From contig OZ024741.1 of assembly GCA_964016885.1 (NCBI GenBank), forward strand, positions 51,956,001-52,020,000: DNA of 64,000 bases, written 5' to 3'. The notes under the pieces are model-generated. The model was not told where the DNA came from, did no database searches, and worked only from the letters and a program-made list of their open reading frames with translations. Position 1 is the first letter of the stretch, and every line of letters starts with the position of its first letter. Made by a program: the position numbers and the translations under genes. The DNA is from Eledone cirrhosa (taxonomy: Eukaryota). This document shows, one piece after another, positions 11,011 through 25,266 of this stretch.

Positions 11011-13012
11011 TTACCTTACTTCTCGTAGGGGAAGGACGGCTTTTCCATCCTTTTCACTGCTTGTGGCCTCCTCAGGAAGGATGTCCTTATAAATCCTCCT
11101 GGAGAGTGCTTGTCGGAAGTCTCCGATGTCTTTGGGGAATTTTTGTTTTAGTGTCATGTACGTTTTCTGTGTGATGCGAGTGATTTGTATGTGTGGGGGT
11201 GGTGTGAATTTTGGGGTTGTTGTGTAGTCTTTTTCTGTGATGCTGGTGTTGTGTTGGATGTAGTGTAATAATTGCTTGTTGTTCAAATTTAATGCTGTGT
11301 AGTGTGTATCGTTTTGGTTGTTTTGTTTTGTTTGCGTTTGTTGTGGGTTTGTTTCTGTTTCGCATTTTGGTGACTTTTCTGGTGTAGGTGATGGTGGTGC
11401 TGGGGATAATGATGGTGATGGTGTTGGTGTTTGGGTTGATGGGGTTGGTGATGCTGGTGTGGATGGTGGCATATCTGTCCTAACTTTTTTGTTTCTTAGT
11501 TTATTTGTTTCCCTCTGTATTTTGTTTTTGGAGGGGGAAGGAAGAGAATTTTTTCTTTTTTGGTTTCTTTTTTTTTTTCCGGATATCGTTTCCCACTCCT
11601 CGTCGTCACAATCTGTCTCCAGTTGTGATAGGCCGGGGAGTGGAAAATCCTCCACAGCCGTTAGTTTTGGTTGTGGTGTGGTGGATGGTGTAGGCGCTGG
11701 TGCTAGTTCTGAAGCGTTGGGTGGTGGTGGTGTTGGTTTTGCTGGTGGTGGTAGTGGTGTTGGTTTTGCTACTGTTGCTGGGGTTGTTGCTGTTATAGTT
11801 GCTTCTGTTGTTGCTGCTACAGTTGTTGCTGCCATCTCTGCTACTGGTGGTGTTGATGGTTGTGTCACTGGGGTGGGTAGGAGAGGTGGCCTCAACCTTT
11901 TAGCCTGAGGGCAGAAAGCCCTTAGGTGGGTTCCTTCACCACAAACGACACACCTAGGTCTTCTGCCCTCGACAATTACCGTGAGGTGGCTGCCGTCAGT
12001 GAGGTCTATTACCTCTGGGATCTCCTCAATGCTTTTTTGGTCCGCTTGGATCAGGAGCTCCATCCCAGATCCGGACCAGTTTTCCTGCTTTTCTTTTGCT
12101 ACTGCTATTATTTTCGTGTTGGCTTCGATGCCGGCGAGGACAGCCGCTATTAGCCAGGGAATTTCGATGGCCGGTGGAACGTGGGTCACCCTGATCTTTA
12201 CGAGTCTCTGGCCACAATAGCTTGGGACGAGTGTGAGGTCGTCACTTTTTAATGGGGCCATGGAGTGTTCTCTAGCCTCCTCTGGTGTTTCAAAGAACAC
12301 ATCCACGGTTCCATACTTTTGCCCACGTCTGATGTGGGTTTTTCTTGCCCACACATGTCCCAAAGCTTTTTGGATTTGGGACTCGGATGCCCGTTACACC
12401 CGGCGCCATTTTACATTTATTGTTCTATACGACACGGTGCACAGGCGCCGATGCTCCATTTTATTAGGTGGGGGTGGGGTGGGGTGGGGGGTGAGGCTGA
12501 CCCTGTACCCATCTTTCTTTACCATTTGTTTGGCATTTTCTAAATCTTCTTGAGTTACCGTGAACGCTTCGAATTGTTTTGCTACGATGGCGAAACTGAG
12601 GGTCGGTTTTATAATGTCATTGTTGTTGTTGTTGCTATCGTTAATATTAATTTTTATTTTCAGTTGTGGTGGTTGTGACGTCAGTCATCTTTGGTGGGGA
12701 AGAGTCCATTTTGCTTGATTTCATTTCGACGTCACGAGTTAATTTATTTTTTTCTTCTTTTGTTTCTGTTGTCGCGGTGGTGGTGGTGGTGGTGGTTGTC
12801 GCGGTGGTGGTGGTGGTGGAGGGTTTAACACCTGCAGTCATTGGTAATGGCGGGAAATGAATGTCTGCCTGAGACAAATTTAAAATATTGCTACTGCTTA
12901 TATTTTTTTTTGTGTTGGCAAACGTAGTAACATTTACAATGGTGGTGTCGGTGTGAGGTGTTATTTTGTGAGGAAGGCTTTCAGCTGCTTCGTGCAGAGG
13001 GGAATTAGCCAT
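11011..13012 (-). pseudogene. Tx1 copy A ORF1 (gag-like: RRM-like core, one CCHC knuckle, Pro/Thr-rich tail); disrupted
   Basis: MANSPLHE start at 13012, frameshift near 12650, in-frame TAA near 12395, then RPRCVVCGEGTHLRAFC (CX2CX4HX4C) and stop at 11011. Confidence 0.85.
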
Positions 13013-13221
13013 TTTTTTTCAAAGAAATTTTTGGATAATAATAAAAGTTAAAATTTTGGGCACAAGGCCCCAATCTTTTTGGGTGTCCTTTTCGGAAAAC
13101 AATGTATGTGTGCTTATAAACAGTTTACAAGAAAATTTTCCATAAATGGCAATTTTTAAACAAACGGAAATAACAAACCTTGGCGGAGCTCACGATAATA
13201 CGATTTCCTACGTAGGTCGCC

Positions 13222-13269
<48 letters not shown>

Positions 13270-13270
<1 letters not shown>

Positions 13271-16200
13271 TTTTCTTTATTAACCACAAGGGTTTACATA
13301 AAGTAGACATTAAGGACAGTACAGGACAATACAGGACGGTACAAATGGGCATTTCTGCGTGTAAAAAAACAGATGATGTAATAAAAAAATAACAATGAAA
13401 AATTCTACAATAGTGGGGAGACTTCCGAGAGACATTTGTGGAGAAAGCCCATTAAAAGGCCACAGTGACCCTGACCACCAGGGCAAGTGCCCTCTCCCAG
13501 TTTTCCACCTTTAATTTACAGTCACATACTCAGAGTAGACCCATTCACACGGGCCATACTTGCTTCTCTCACCCATCTTTCAACAAAATGCTGGGAAGAG
13601 AGCACTTCCCTCTCTACCCTGATTTTCCTTTTCAAATGAAATTTTAAAAAGTTAACAGGGCATCACCGAAGAGGTAAGTGCTCGTCTTCAGCCCTTTCAA
13701 ACGTGTCCACCATACTATCTCTTTCGCCATGGCCTCCAGACATAAAAACTGCCTGCCCTTCCCGGCCAAAGGAAGAGGGCGGGGCAATCCTCACGATGGA
13801 CTCAGCTGATAACTGAATCCGTCCTACACGTGACAGCAGGTGTTCGACATAAACCCATAAGTCAGCAATGCTCGGACACTGGACGAGTGCGTGCAGGACG
13901 GTTTCGTCGCCCTGCGCGCATCTCGGACAAGCCCGGCTGACGGCACCTCCATGCCTGTAGAGTTTATCCCGAACTGGCAAAGCTCCTCTGTAGCACTGCC
14001 AGGACAGGGATTTCTGGAAGTTGTCCATAGGCCCCGGCCCGAAAGTTCTTCCGAAGAGATTGGCTAGTTGATTTTCGTCGACGCCTAGAGTTTCCCCAAG
14101 TACGTCGTCGCTCTTACCCTCCACTAATCCCCTATAGAACGCCAAGGTGGAGTTTCCACCGATCACATTGCCCGATTGGTCGAGGGCTGTGAGCGCCTGA
14201 AGACATTCCAGTCTCCAAGCGCTCCCTCTCGGTCTTCGCTTGACCCATGACTGCAGCTCCGCCAAGGAGACGAGCTGGGGAAAGACGTGTCTAGCAAACG
14301 GTGAACACACCTGATCACCGTCGAGGAAGAGGTGGAGATGTCGTAGCCTGAGCGCGTGTCTGCGCATCATCAGCCACGGCATGCCCAGCCTTCCACGTAG
14401 CGAGTGTTGACAGCAGATGGACCGCCTGACCATCGGAGCGCGTCCCTTCCACAAAAAGCGAAAGAGCAAACGCTCCAGCCCAGTCAGGCGGGGCTTAGGA
14501 CAAGGTACGACGGTCAGGCGGTAGTAGATGACGGACGCGATGTACGCATTAGCCACCTCCGCTCGACCTTTCAGGGATAGCTTCCTCTCCGTCCATTTCT
14601 GGGTGAGAGAAGCCACCCTGTTCGTCACCTCGTCCCAGTTTTTGTCCGTCTGGAGGTCCGGACCGAACCAGACCCCTAGCAATTTAACCGGTCCGTCCGT
14701 CCAGCGCCCGACGACGCTGTTGGTCGACATGGACCTGCCTCTCCAGGTGCCGAGCTGCAGGCCCACTGACTTTTCCTGGTTGATCATTGCTCCTGTCACC
14801 GCTTCGTATTCTCTTAGTGTAGTGCCGATCGCCCCAATGTGTTTGGCGTTCGATACCACTACGGTGACATCGTCCGCATATGCTGACACGGATCTTCCGC
14901 ATCCTAGTTCGCGCGGGACCCCCCTCAACGTCTCCAGTTTGTGCAGTAATGGCTCGAGAGTCAATACGTACAATAGGGACGAGAGGGGACATCCTTGGCG
15001 GACCGAGCGCATGATGTTGAACGGTTCCGAAAGGTGACCGTTCACTCTCACCACAGAGCAGATGTCGCTGTGCATGGCAGCGATCCAGCCTCTGAAGACG
15101 GGCCCAAAGCCAGCCGCCCTCAGGACTGCCGCTAAGTAACGATGGTCGACCCTATCGAAAGCTTTCGACTGATCTAAATTGATCAAGGACCCACCCGTGC
15201 CAGGTTCCCTAGCTACCCTCTCTACGATGTATCGCATGAGGTGGGGGTTGTCGTGGATGGATCTGTCGGGAATGGCGCATGTCTGTTCCTCTCCCACCAG
15301 ACCACCAACGACAAGCGCCAACCTCTTTGCTAGCACCTTGGCCAAAATCTTGAACTCTGTGTTTAGCAGAGTTATGGGCCTAAAATTATATATGTTATCC
15401 CCCTTGTTCGGATCCTTTCTCAGCAGCGCCACAGCTCCTCGGCTCACAGAGCTGGGAATTCTCCCTTTCTGTTGCCAGTTGCAGTAGACGTCCGCTTAGA
15501 GGCCTCCGAACAAGTCTGGCATTTGTACGTAAAGTTCATAGGGCAGACCATCCAAACCAGGCGATTTACCCCTTGTGCAGCCAGTCATTGCCTCCCGTAC
15601 TTCAGCCGCTGGTAAGGACGCGTTTAGCTTCCAGTAGCCGGGTCCTCGTCTATGAAGCCTATCTAATTCAAGCACACAGATCACGAATTTGTGGTCCGTG
15701 TAGCTGACTATCTTGAATTGTGGACAGCCTATGCTAGACCTATCTATTTCCCTACAAAATACTCTATCTAGATATGATCTGGATGACCCTATGCGATTTG
15801 TCCAAGTCCACATTGGTACATTCGGGAAATCCAATCGGTACCTGTCAGACAGTTCAAAACGCCTGAGCAGGTTGGTGAGACTCTTGGACCCTCCTCCCCT
15901 ATCCACTAATCCCACACAGTCCCAGCGTGCATCTAAGATCCCGTTCCAGTCGCCCACTAACACTAAAGAGCGAGACGTTCCAAGAAAGATTTCCAGACGC
16001 CGGAAGAAATCAGGCCGTCCTGCTTATGTCGGGGCATAGACGGCCACTAACCTGAAAGCTTGCCCGTCTCCGCTGGTCACGTCTAGCACCACCAACTTAC
16101 CTTCTGGGTCCAAGAAGATGGCCCGTATGGCAAGATCCAAACCTCTCCGAAAAAGCACAGCAACTCCTCGTCCCGATCCCGGACGACTGGGAGATGCGTA

Positions 16201-18504
16201 CACATCGTAGCCGCCGAAGATCGGTGCGAAGGCCCGGGCTTCGGAGATTCTGGTCTCGCTGATGGCCACTACATCTATGTTTAGTGACCTGAGGTCGTTG
16301 AGCAGGTGGCCCTGCTTCCATGACGACCCCAAGCCACGCGCATTTATGCTGCCTATTCTGAGTGAATTCATGTTGAAATGGAGTGGAAAAGATGGGAAAG
16401 ACCACTTACCTTACTTCTCGTAGAGGAAGAACGGTTTCTCCATCCTTTTCACTGCTTGTGGCCTCCTCAGGAAGGATGTCCTTATAAATCCTCCTGGAGA
16501 GTGCTTGTCGGAAGTCTCCGATGTCTTTGGGGAAATTTTGTTTTAGTGTCGTGTACGTTTTTTGTGTGATGCGAGTGATTTGTATGTGTGGAGGTGGTGT
16601 GAACTTTTGGGTTGTTGTCTAGTCTTTTTCTGTGATGCTGGTGTTGTGTTGGATGTAGTGTAATAATCGGTTGTTGTTCAAATTTAATGCTGTGTAGTGT
16701 GTATCGTTTTGGTTGTTTTGTTTTGTTTGCATTTGTTGTGGGTTTGTTTCTGTTTCGCTTTTTGGTGACTTTTGTGGTGTAGGTGATGGTGGTGTTGGGG
16801 TTAATGATGGTGATGGTGTTGGTATTTGGGGTGATGGGGTTGGTGATGCTGGTGTGGATGGTGGCATATCTGTCATAACTTTTTTGTTTGATAGTTTATT
16901 TGTTTCCCTCTGTATTTTGTTTTTGGAGGGGGAGGGAAGAGAATTTTTTCTTTTTTGGTTTCTTTTTTTCTTTTTTCCTGATACCGTTTCCCACTCCTCG
17001 TCGTCACAATCTGTCTCCAGTTGTGATAGGCCGGGGAGTGGAAAATCCTCCACAGGCGTTGGTTTTGGTTGTGGCGTGGTGGATGGTGTAGGCGCTGGTG
17101 CTAGTTCTGGAGCGTTGGGTGGTGGTGGTGTTGGTTTTGCTACTGTTGCTGGGGTTGTTGCTGTTACAGTTGCTTCTGTTGTTGCTTCTGTTGTTGCAGC
17201 CATCTCTGCTGCTGGTGGTGTTGATGGTTGAGTCACTGAGGTGGGTAGGAGAGGTGGTCTCAACCTTTTAGCCTGAGGGCAGAAAGCTCTTAGGTGGGTT
17301 CCTTCACCACAAACGACACACCTAGGTCTTATGCCCTCGACGATTACGGTGAGGTGGCTGCCGTCAGTGATGTATATTACCTCTGGGATCTCCTCAATGC
17401 TTTTTTGGTCGGCTTGGATCAGGAGCTCCATCCCAGATCAGGACCAGTTCTCTTGCTTTTCTTTCGCTATTTCGATTATCTTGGTGTTTGCTTCGATGCC
17501 GGTGAGGACGGCAGCTATTAGCCAGGGAATTTCGATGGCCGGTGGAACGTGGGTCACCCTGATCTTTACGAGTCTCTGGCCACAATAGCTTGGGATGAGT
17601 GTGAAGTCGTCACTTCTTAATGGGGCCATGGAGTGTTCTCTGGCCTCCTGTGGCGTTTCAAAGAACACGTCCACGGTTCCATACTTCTGCCCACGTCTTA
17701 TGTGCTTTTTTTTTGCATGTCCCAAAGCGTTTTGGATTTGGGACTCGGATGCCCGTTCCACTCGGCGCGATTTTATGTTAATCGTCCGATAAGACACGGT
17801 GCATAGGCACCGATGCTCCATTTTATTAGGTGGGAGGGGGGCGTGAGGCTGACCCTGTACCCATCTTTCTTTACCATTCTCTTGGTTTCATTTAATTCCT
17901 CCTGAGTTACCTTGATTGTTTCGCATTTTGGATGCTTTGGCAAACGACACGGTGTTGTTATTCTCATTGTTGTTGTTGCTGTTGTTATTGTTATTTTTGT
18001 TATTGTTATTTTTAGTTTCAGTTGTGGTGGTGGTGGCGTCAGTGGTGTTCGGTGTGGAAGTGTTGATTCTGGGTGAATCCATTTCGCTGTGACGAGATAA
18101 TTTTTTTTTGTTTCTGTTGTCGCTGTGGTGGTGGTGGGAAATGAATGTCTGCATGAGTCAAATTAAAATTATTGCTACTCCTTATAATTTTAGTTTTGGC
18201 AAACGTAGTAATATTTACAATGGTGGTGTTGATGTGAGGTGTTAGTTTGTGAGGAAGGCTGTCAGCCTGGTATAGCTGTGAGTCGTCCATGTTTTTTTCA
18301 AACTAATTTTATGTTCGATAATTATAAAAGTTTAAATTTTGGGCTCAAGGTCCCAATCTTTTTGAGTGTCCTTTTCCGAAAGCAAATTATGTGACCTTAT
18401 AAACACTTAACAACAAAATTTTTCCATAAATGGCAATCTGAAATAACTGAAAACATCAAACCTTTGCGGAGCTCACGATGATACGATTTCCTAGGTAGGT
18501 CGCC
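13270..18504 (-). mobile_element. Tx1 copy B, both termini present but decayed, with a 561-bp internal deletion
   Basis: Colinear with copy A. ORF2 stops at 16024 and 15496 and a frameshift near 13740. NASLPA is joined to AEVREAM at about 15606. ORF1 is fragmented (18290-16406). (AAT)n on both flanks. Confidence 0.93.
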
Positions 18505-18551
<47 letters not shown>

Positions 18552-18553
<2 letters not shown>

Positions 18554-19672
18554 GAAGACGCACATGGTGGATAGAAGGTCGTGAAATAGCTCCCGTAAGT
18601 TTTGATTTTTAACATATTTAAAACAATTGTGAAATAACAATTCTTAGTACAAATGATACATAAAGCATCCGGCTTAAATCCCCCAAAAAATCGGATCCAC
18701 AATATATTGTTATATCGCTCAAATATTCAATTTTGTATTATACATTTTATATTCAAAAAAGAAAATGGTTATAAATGGAAGAAAACCCCCTCTGTCTACA
18801 CTATATAGAACAGCCAAATAACAGCAATTTCACCAACACCAGAAACTAGATACACCACCTACCCCATCACCCCTCTGTGTACACTAAACACAACAGCCAG
18901 ATAACGGCAATTTCACCACCATCACCACCAATCTCAGCATAATAATAATAATTACTATTATTATTGTCTCAAACTTTAACAAAATGTTTAATTCCAATAT
19001 TAAGAAAATATGTCAACACATATACGCGACTAACCCCATAGATTCACCGATCAAACAAAAATACAGTCTATTCAACAGAACTCAGTAACGACAACGCCAT
19101 CACTACAGTCACCGTCGCCGCCGCCGCCCATCCATCATTACTACCACTATCCCATCACCGCCGCCACCACTCCTTCATTGCTACCACCGCTATCCCCCCA
19201 TTACCTTCTGTTAACTTACGAAAGGGGAAGATGGCGGTATCACTAGACAATATTAATAAACAAGATTAATATTTAATTTTGGATCAGGAATGTTAGAGAC
19301 GAAAAGGAGGAAAATGACAAAATGACTAAATAACTAAATTCACCACCAACACCACCACCACTACCACGATGAAAACTCTGGTCAAGTCGACTCAACCGCT
19401 ATTTATACTCCAACTTCAACACCATCACTACAGTAATACGATCACATCACCACCACCACTGCCTCATTATCGCCTCCACCGCTATTCTCTCCCACTACCT
19501 CCTGCTAGTTGCTGCTAGCACAGCACCGCCACCACCACCACCACCACCACCACTGCCTCATTATCACTACCGTCGCTATTCTCTCCCGCTACCCCCTGCT
19601 ACATTGTAGAATCCCCACTAAAAGAGGAAGGCATCAAAATATATAAATAGACTGAATTGATGACCCGGTCAA
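18552..19672 (+). repeat. Unclassified repeat X, copy 1
   Basis: Diverged direct repeat of 23559-24348 (AAGAAGACGCAC.TGGTGGATAGAA ... TGACCCGGTCAAA). Both copies start right after (AAT)n. Confidence 0.75.
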
Positions 19673-19847
19673 AATAAAAAAAACAAAAATAAAAATCAAA
19701 GCAGCACAGCAACAACGAAAAATGTAAAGAAAATAAAAATGAAGAGAAAAACAAACAGACGGACAGAGAAGGGAAGGGAAAAACTAAGTCAGACATTCAA
19801 ACACTACATTACAATGAAACTTATGCTTATTCATTTTTGGTTTTTTT

Positions 19848-22800
19848 TTGCCTGTTTGTTTGTTTGTTTATTTATGTTCGTCTACAGCGTGATAATGCCA
19901 CACACAAATCACGTGGAGTGACGAAACCACCGGAGGCGATGAATTCACCGGTGGTTATGTAACCATACATTCGCCAATCCTCGATAAGAGTGTTTAAATG
20001 TCGAACCTAAACAGTTCGAATAACGGTGAAATGGAGACTAGAATGTCATGCGACAGACTCTCACCCAACAGGTGCTCCCTGGCTCAGCAGCAGGGACCTG
20101 GCTGTCAACCAAATACTGCTGGTGTTGGAGGAAGAAGAAGAAGGAAAGGGACCAGAACCAACTGGACGAAAGAATTGAATAGAACTGTTATGCAATGTTA
20201 CCTGAAGAGTAACCCCAAGGAGAAAGGCTATAGGAAACGGATGCATAACATCTGGAACGAGATTGGTCTATTTAAATTAGATGAACAAAAATTGGCCGGG
20301 AAGGCTCGGGTAATAAGAACTAATGGGTGGATAAGCGAGCTGGAACTGGAGGAACTGAGCAGAGAGATTAGCTTGGAGATGGAGAGTGGAGTATGCCAGG
20401 CAAACGAGCCAGTGGGAAATGAAGGTGAAGAGGTCGAGAGAACGGAGGAACCACCCGAAGCAGACAATGATCTGAATGCTGAGATAAATAATACCTGGAA
20501 CAGAGATACGGCCACTGAGGAGATGAATGCTGACGGGCTAGGACAAGATTTGGTTGATATCCTAAACTTAGTGGTAGATGAATTGAACAATGATAGTGGG
20601 AGACCTATGAACCTAAGATTTGTAGACAGGAAAAAGTTAAAAGAAACAACAGCTAAGGTAAACAAAGTCATCCCATACTTTGAGGCGAGGAGCCTTCACC
20701 AGTGCAACAATATCCTCAAAGCAACAGCAAATACGGTGAGGAAACTACTTGGTATAAAACCGAGAGGAAACAACAGACAAGAAAGAGCAGAGCATTGGTG
20801 GAAGAAACGACTGAGTGGTCAAATCAGGGAAATGAGAAATGACATTGGAAAGCTTGAGCCCCTACTGAATGGGACACTAAAAAACATAGACACTAAAAAT
20901 AAACTGGAAATAAAGTACAAAACTAGGAGGAAAAAGCTAATTATTATCATAGAGGAACTGAAGCAACGCATTGTAGCAAAGAGTGCAAAAATCAGGCGAT
21001 ACGAGAACAGAGTCAGTCAGTATAGACAGAACCGCATGTTCGACAACAACCAGAAGATGCTGTTTGGACAGCTTGAAGGGAAAGAAAGAGGCAACGACTT
21101 GATCCCTGAGGCGGAACAAACTAAAAGATTCTGGAGAGGAATATGGGAGCAGGATGTTAAACATAATGATCAGGCAGTGTGGATTGAGACAGTACAGAAG
21201 GAGATTAGTGAACAGGCACACCAACAAACTGATTTGAGTATCACAGTTGAAACTCTTAAGGGGCAGGCCAAAAAACTAACCAACTGGAAATCACCAGGCC
21301 CAGATGGTGTGTATTGGATTAAACATATAACATCCCTCCACCCGAAACTGACAACCATGTTCAATGACTGCTTGATGTCAGGTGAGGTACCAGAGTGGTT
21401 GACAAAAGGTACCACAGTTCTGATAATGAAAGACCGAATCAAGGGTAATGATGTTACCAACTATAGACCTATCACATGTCTGTCCGTAATGTGGAAACTG
21501 TTGACAAGCATTATGTCTGAGGAAATCTACCATCACCTCCACACAAACAACTTGTTACCGGACGAACAGAAAGGATGCCGAAAGAAGTCACGTGGTACAA
21601 AGGACCAGTTACTTATTGATAAGATGGTAATGAGGAATTGCAAGAGGAGACACACTGGTCTTGCCATGGGATGGATAGACTACAAAAAGGCATTTGACAT
21701 GGTGCCTCATTCTTGGATCACCAAAAGCCTGGAGATCTTCAAGGTGGCAGATAACATCGGACAGTTGTTGGGAAAAAGTTTGAAGTCCTGGGAAACAGAG
21801 TTAACATCAACTGGAGAATCCTTGGGAAGCGTGAAGATCAAGAGAGGTATCTTCCAGGGAGATAGTCTGTCCCCTCTGTTGTTTGTCCTTGCCCTGATGC
21901 CCCTGACCAGTGTACTGCGAAAAGTGAGAGCAGGATACAAGTTGGGAAAGGGAGAGCTTACCATCAATCACCTCCTCTTCATGGACGATCTTAAGCTCTT
22001 CGGGAAGAGTGAGAAGGAGTTGTATGTGCTTGTTGACACTGTCCGTATTTTCAGCAATGATATATGTATGCAATTTGGTATTAGTAAGTGTGGAGTCATT
22101 GTGATGAAGAGGGGTAAGTTGAGCAGAAGTAACGGAATCCAGGTACCAACAGGTGAGATGATAAAGGAAATTGACTCTGAAGAAGGATACAATTATTTGG
22201 GCGTTCTGGAGGCTGATGACATCAAGAATAACAAAAATGAAGGAATTGATAAGAACTGAATACATTCGGAGAGTAAGGAGCGTATTAAAGTCACATCTGA
22301 ACAGTAGGAATGCCATAAGTGCGGTAAATTCCCGAGCTGTGTCTATTATTAGGTACAGTGCGGGAATTCTGAGATGGAATGTTGCTGAACAAAAAGAAAT
22401 GGATAGGAAGACTAGCAAGCTATTGACTATCTACAACATGTTCCACAAGAGGATTGAGGTCGATAGACTCTACTTAAGGAGATCTGAAGGTGGAAGAGGT
22501 CTTATCAGCATAGAGGACTGTGTTCAGATGGAGAAAAGCAACCTACACAAATACGTGACTGATAGTAAGGGACCAATGCTCAGAACTGTACTGAAGGAGG
22601 GGACAATAGGCTAGGGGATGTCCAAGGAGGAAATAACATCAAGGAGAAAGAGCAGCCTTCAGGAAAAATCCCTTCATAGTACCTTCTTTGAGAAAACTGA
22701 ATTTAGAGATCCACAGACATGGAACTGGTTGAAAAGAGGAGACCTTAAAAAGGCTACACAAGGAATGTTAATGGCTGCGCAGGAGCAGGCCCTCAAAACG

Positions 22801-23494
22801 AAGTGGTTGAAACACCATATTTACAAGGAGGAGGCTAGCCCACTGTGCAGGATCTGTGGAGAGAGAGAGGAGACTGTGGCTCACATTGTATCCGAGTGTA
22901 AACACCTAGCCCAGACTCACTATAAGGGCTGGAGACATGATGTGATGGGCAGGGTGATCCACTGGCACCTATGCAAAGTAAACAATTTACCACATTCTGA
23001 GAAGTGGTATGAGCATAAGCCAGAGGCGGTGATAGAAAACGATCAGGTGAAGGTGCTGTGGGATTTTAGGATACAGACGGACAAGAAACTGGAACACAAT
23101 AGACCTGACCTGATGGTTGTGGACAAAGAAAAAAGATCGTGCCTGATTGTGGATGTGGCCTCCCCATTCGACACGAGAGTGCAAGAGAAGGAGAGGGAGA
23201 AAATTAACCGATACCAGGACTTACAGTGGGAGGTAAAAAGGATTTGGAACTGCCATGAAGTCAAAGTGATCCCGATTGTCATAGGCGCACTAGGGACTAT
23301 CTCAAAAGTTTCCAGGGTTGGTTAAAGAAAATTGGCCCCTTCACGCTTTTTGGAACGCTTCAAAAGGCATGCTTGCTGGGAACAGCAAGAACCCTCCGAT
23401 ACGTCCTGAATATCTGAGGCTGCAGGTAGTTGCTTGATATTCATTTCAACAAACTTTCCAGTTATCTAACATCAATGACTGAGACTCAACGAGT
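19848..23494 (+). mobile_element. Full-length R4/Dong-clade LINE
   Basis: 5'UTR shared with 1-880, single long ORF, short 3'UTR, (TAA)n at 23495-23556. Confidence 0.93.
19998..23417 (+). pseudogene. R4/Dong ORF: RT + CCHC + restriction-like endonuclease; disrupted
   Basis: GYRKRM..IW, NYRPITCL, QGDSLSP, FMDD, EGGRGL, CRIC..ETVAHIVSEC, RHD, RPD..D, K..KINRY. Frameshift near 22235, stop at 22612-22614, frameshift near 23310. Confidence 0.92.
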
Positions 23495-23503
23495 AATAAC
23501 AAC

Positions 23504-23556
<53 letters not shown>

Positions 23557-23558
23557 GG

Positions 23559-24348
23559 AAGAAGACGCACGTGGTGGATAGAATGTTATGGAATTGCTGC
23601 CGTAAGTTTTTGATTTTTAACACATTTAAAACAATTGTGATATAACAATTCTTAGTACAAATGAGACATAAAGCGTCAGACTCAGCTTTCAGAAAATACG
23701 GATCCATAATATCGCTCAAATATTCAATTTTGTATTATAAATTTTATATTCAAAAAAGAAAATAGTTATAAATGGAAGAAAACCCCCCTGTCTACATTAT
23801 ATAAACAGCCAAATAACAGTAATTTCACCAACACCACAAACTAGATACACCACCTATCCTATCACCCCTCTGTGTACACTAAATACAACAGATAACGGCA
23901 ATTTCACCACCACCACCACCAATCCAAGCATAATAATAATAATTACTATTATTGTATCTCAAGTTTTTTCAAAATGTTTAATTCATATATTAAAATATGT
24001 CAACACATATATTAAACATACGCGACAAACCGCATAGATACACAGATCAAACAAACGCATACTACTACAGTCTATTCAACAAAACTTAGTAACGACAACG
24101 CCATCACTATAGTCACCGCCGCCACCACTCCATCATTGCTACCACAATCCCATCACTATAGTCACTGCCGCCGCTACTCCATCATTGCTACCACTATCCC
24201 ATCACCGCCGCCACCACTCCTTCATTGCTACCACCACTATTCCTCGACTACCTTCTGTTAACTTAAGAAAGGGGAAGGTGGCGGTATCACTAGACAAGGG
24301 AGAGGCTAGCAAAAGATATAAATAGACTTACTTAGTGACCCGGTCAAA
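23559..24348 (+). repeat. Unclassified repeat X, copy 2
   Basis: Colinear with 18552-19672 but lacks the ~19250-19620 insert. Confidence 0.75.
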
Positions 24349-25266
24349 CGTCACCGATATGGCACTGCTGGCTCTCCCCTTCCCCATCAACAATAGAAAA
24401 AGCCCCAGCACCACCACCGACATAGCCAACAACAATAACAGGCTACTTCAACAAAAAGTATATTATATTATTAATAATAATTTCATTCTTAAGCCACGCA
24501 ATGCTCACATTAAGGAACCACTCATGATAATAACAATTTAAAAAATCAACAAAAAAGAAAACCCGCGACCAAGAAATACCGGGATGGCGGCCGGCGGGGG
24601 AATAGCCGTGTCTCTAGGGAAGGACGACTCCTCTAGTCTTGGTTGACACTCGTCCCAGAAGTGGTAACACGAAATGATTACCCCTTGGCGGTTAAGGATA
24701 AAACGCGACAAAATAAAGTAAATGTCAAATGATAAAATCTCATACCGGATCGGCCGTCACCCGTCAAGCTCTATTTTAACTTAATTTCTTTCAACTTTCA
24801 TTACCGACCACACATAATTTTAATTCTACGATTTATATATATATTTATATAATGATAATCGTCTGGTTTCCTTGCCTTTGGATTAACTAATCACACCAGA
24901 AGTTAAGAAAATAGTTCATTTCTGAGAAAATATTTCATTTCTGAGAAAACATTGCTGAATTTAAATTATGTTTCAAGCCCAATTGTAATAGTAAGGAAGA
25001 TAAAGCACACGACCACACATTTCTAAAGAACTAATTTACATATATATTTTTTCTGTGTTAGAAGGGTTAGGTGGAAGCTTACATATACACATGAATGTTT
25101 AGGACAAGCATTTCTCCGCTTGAAAATCTATACTACAACCTATTGTTAACCTTTTTTTTTAATATGAGTTTTATAAAGTTGACTTTAAAGTATTTATGTT
25201 TACCTAAAAGATTTCTAGCACAATTTTATACAAGAACCTTTGTTAAGTTATATTCCACACGCTAGC

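Larger units (their letters stand above)
7314..13221 (-). mobile_element. Full-length Tx1-clade LINE, copy A
   Basis: 5'UTR (GGCGACCTACGTAGG...), ORF1, ORF2, 3'UTR with AATAAA. (AAT)n on both flanks (7281-7313, 13222-13269). Confidence 0.95.
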
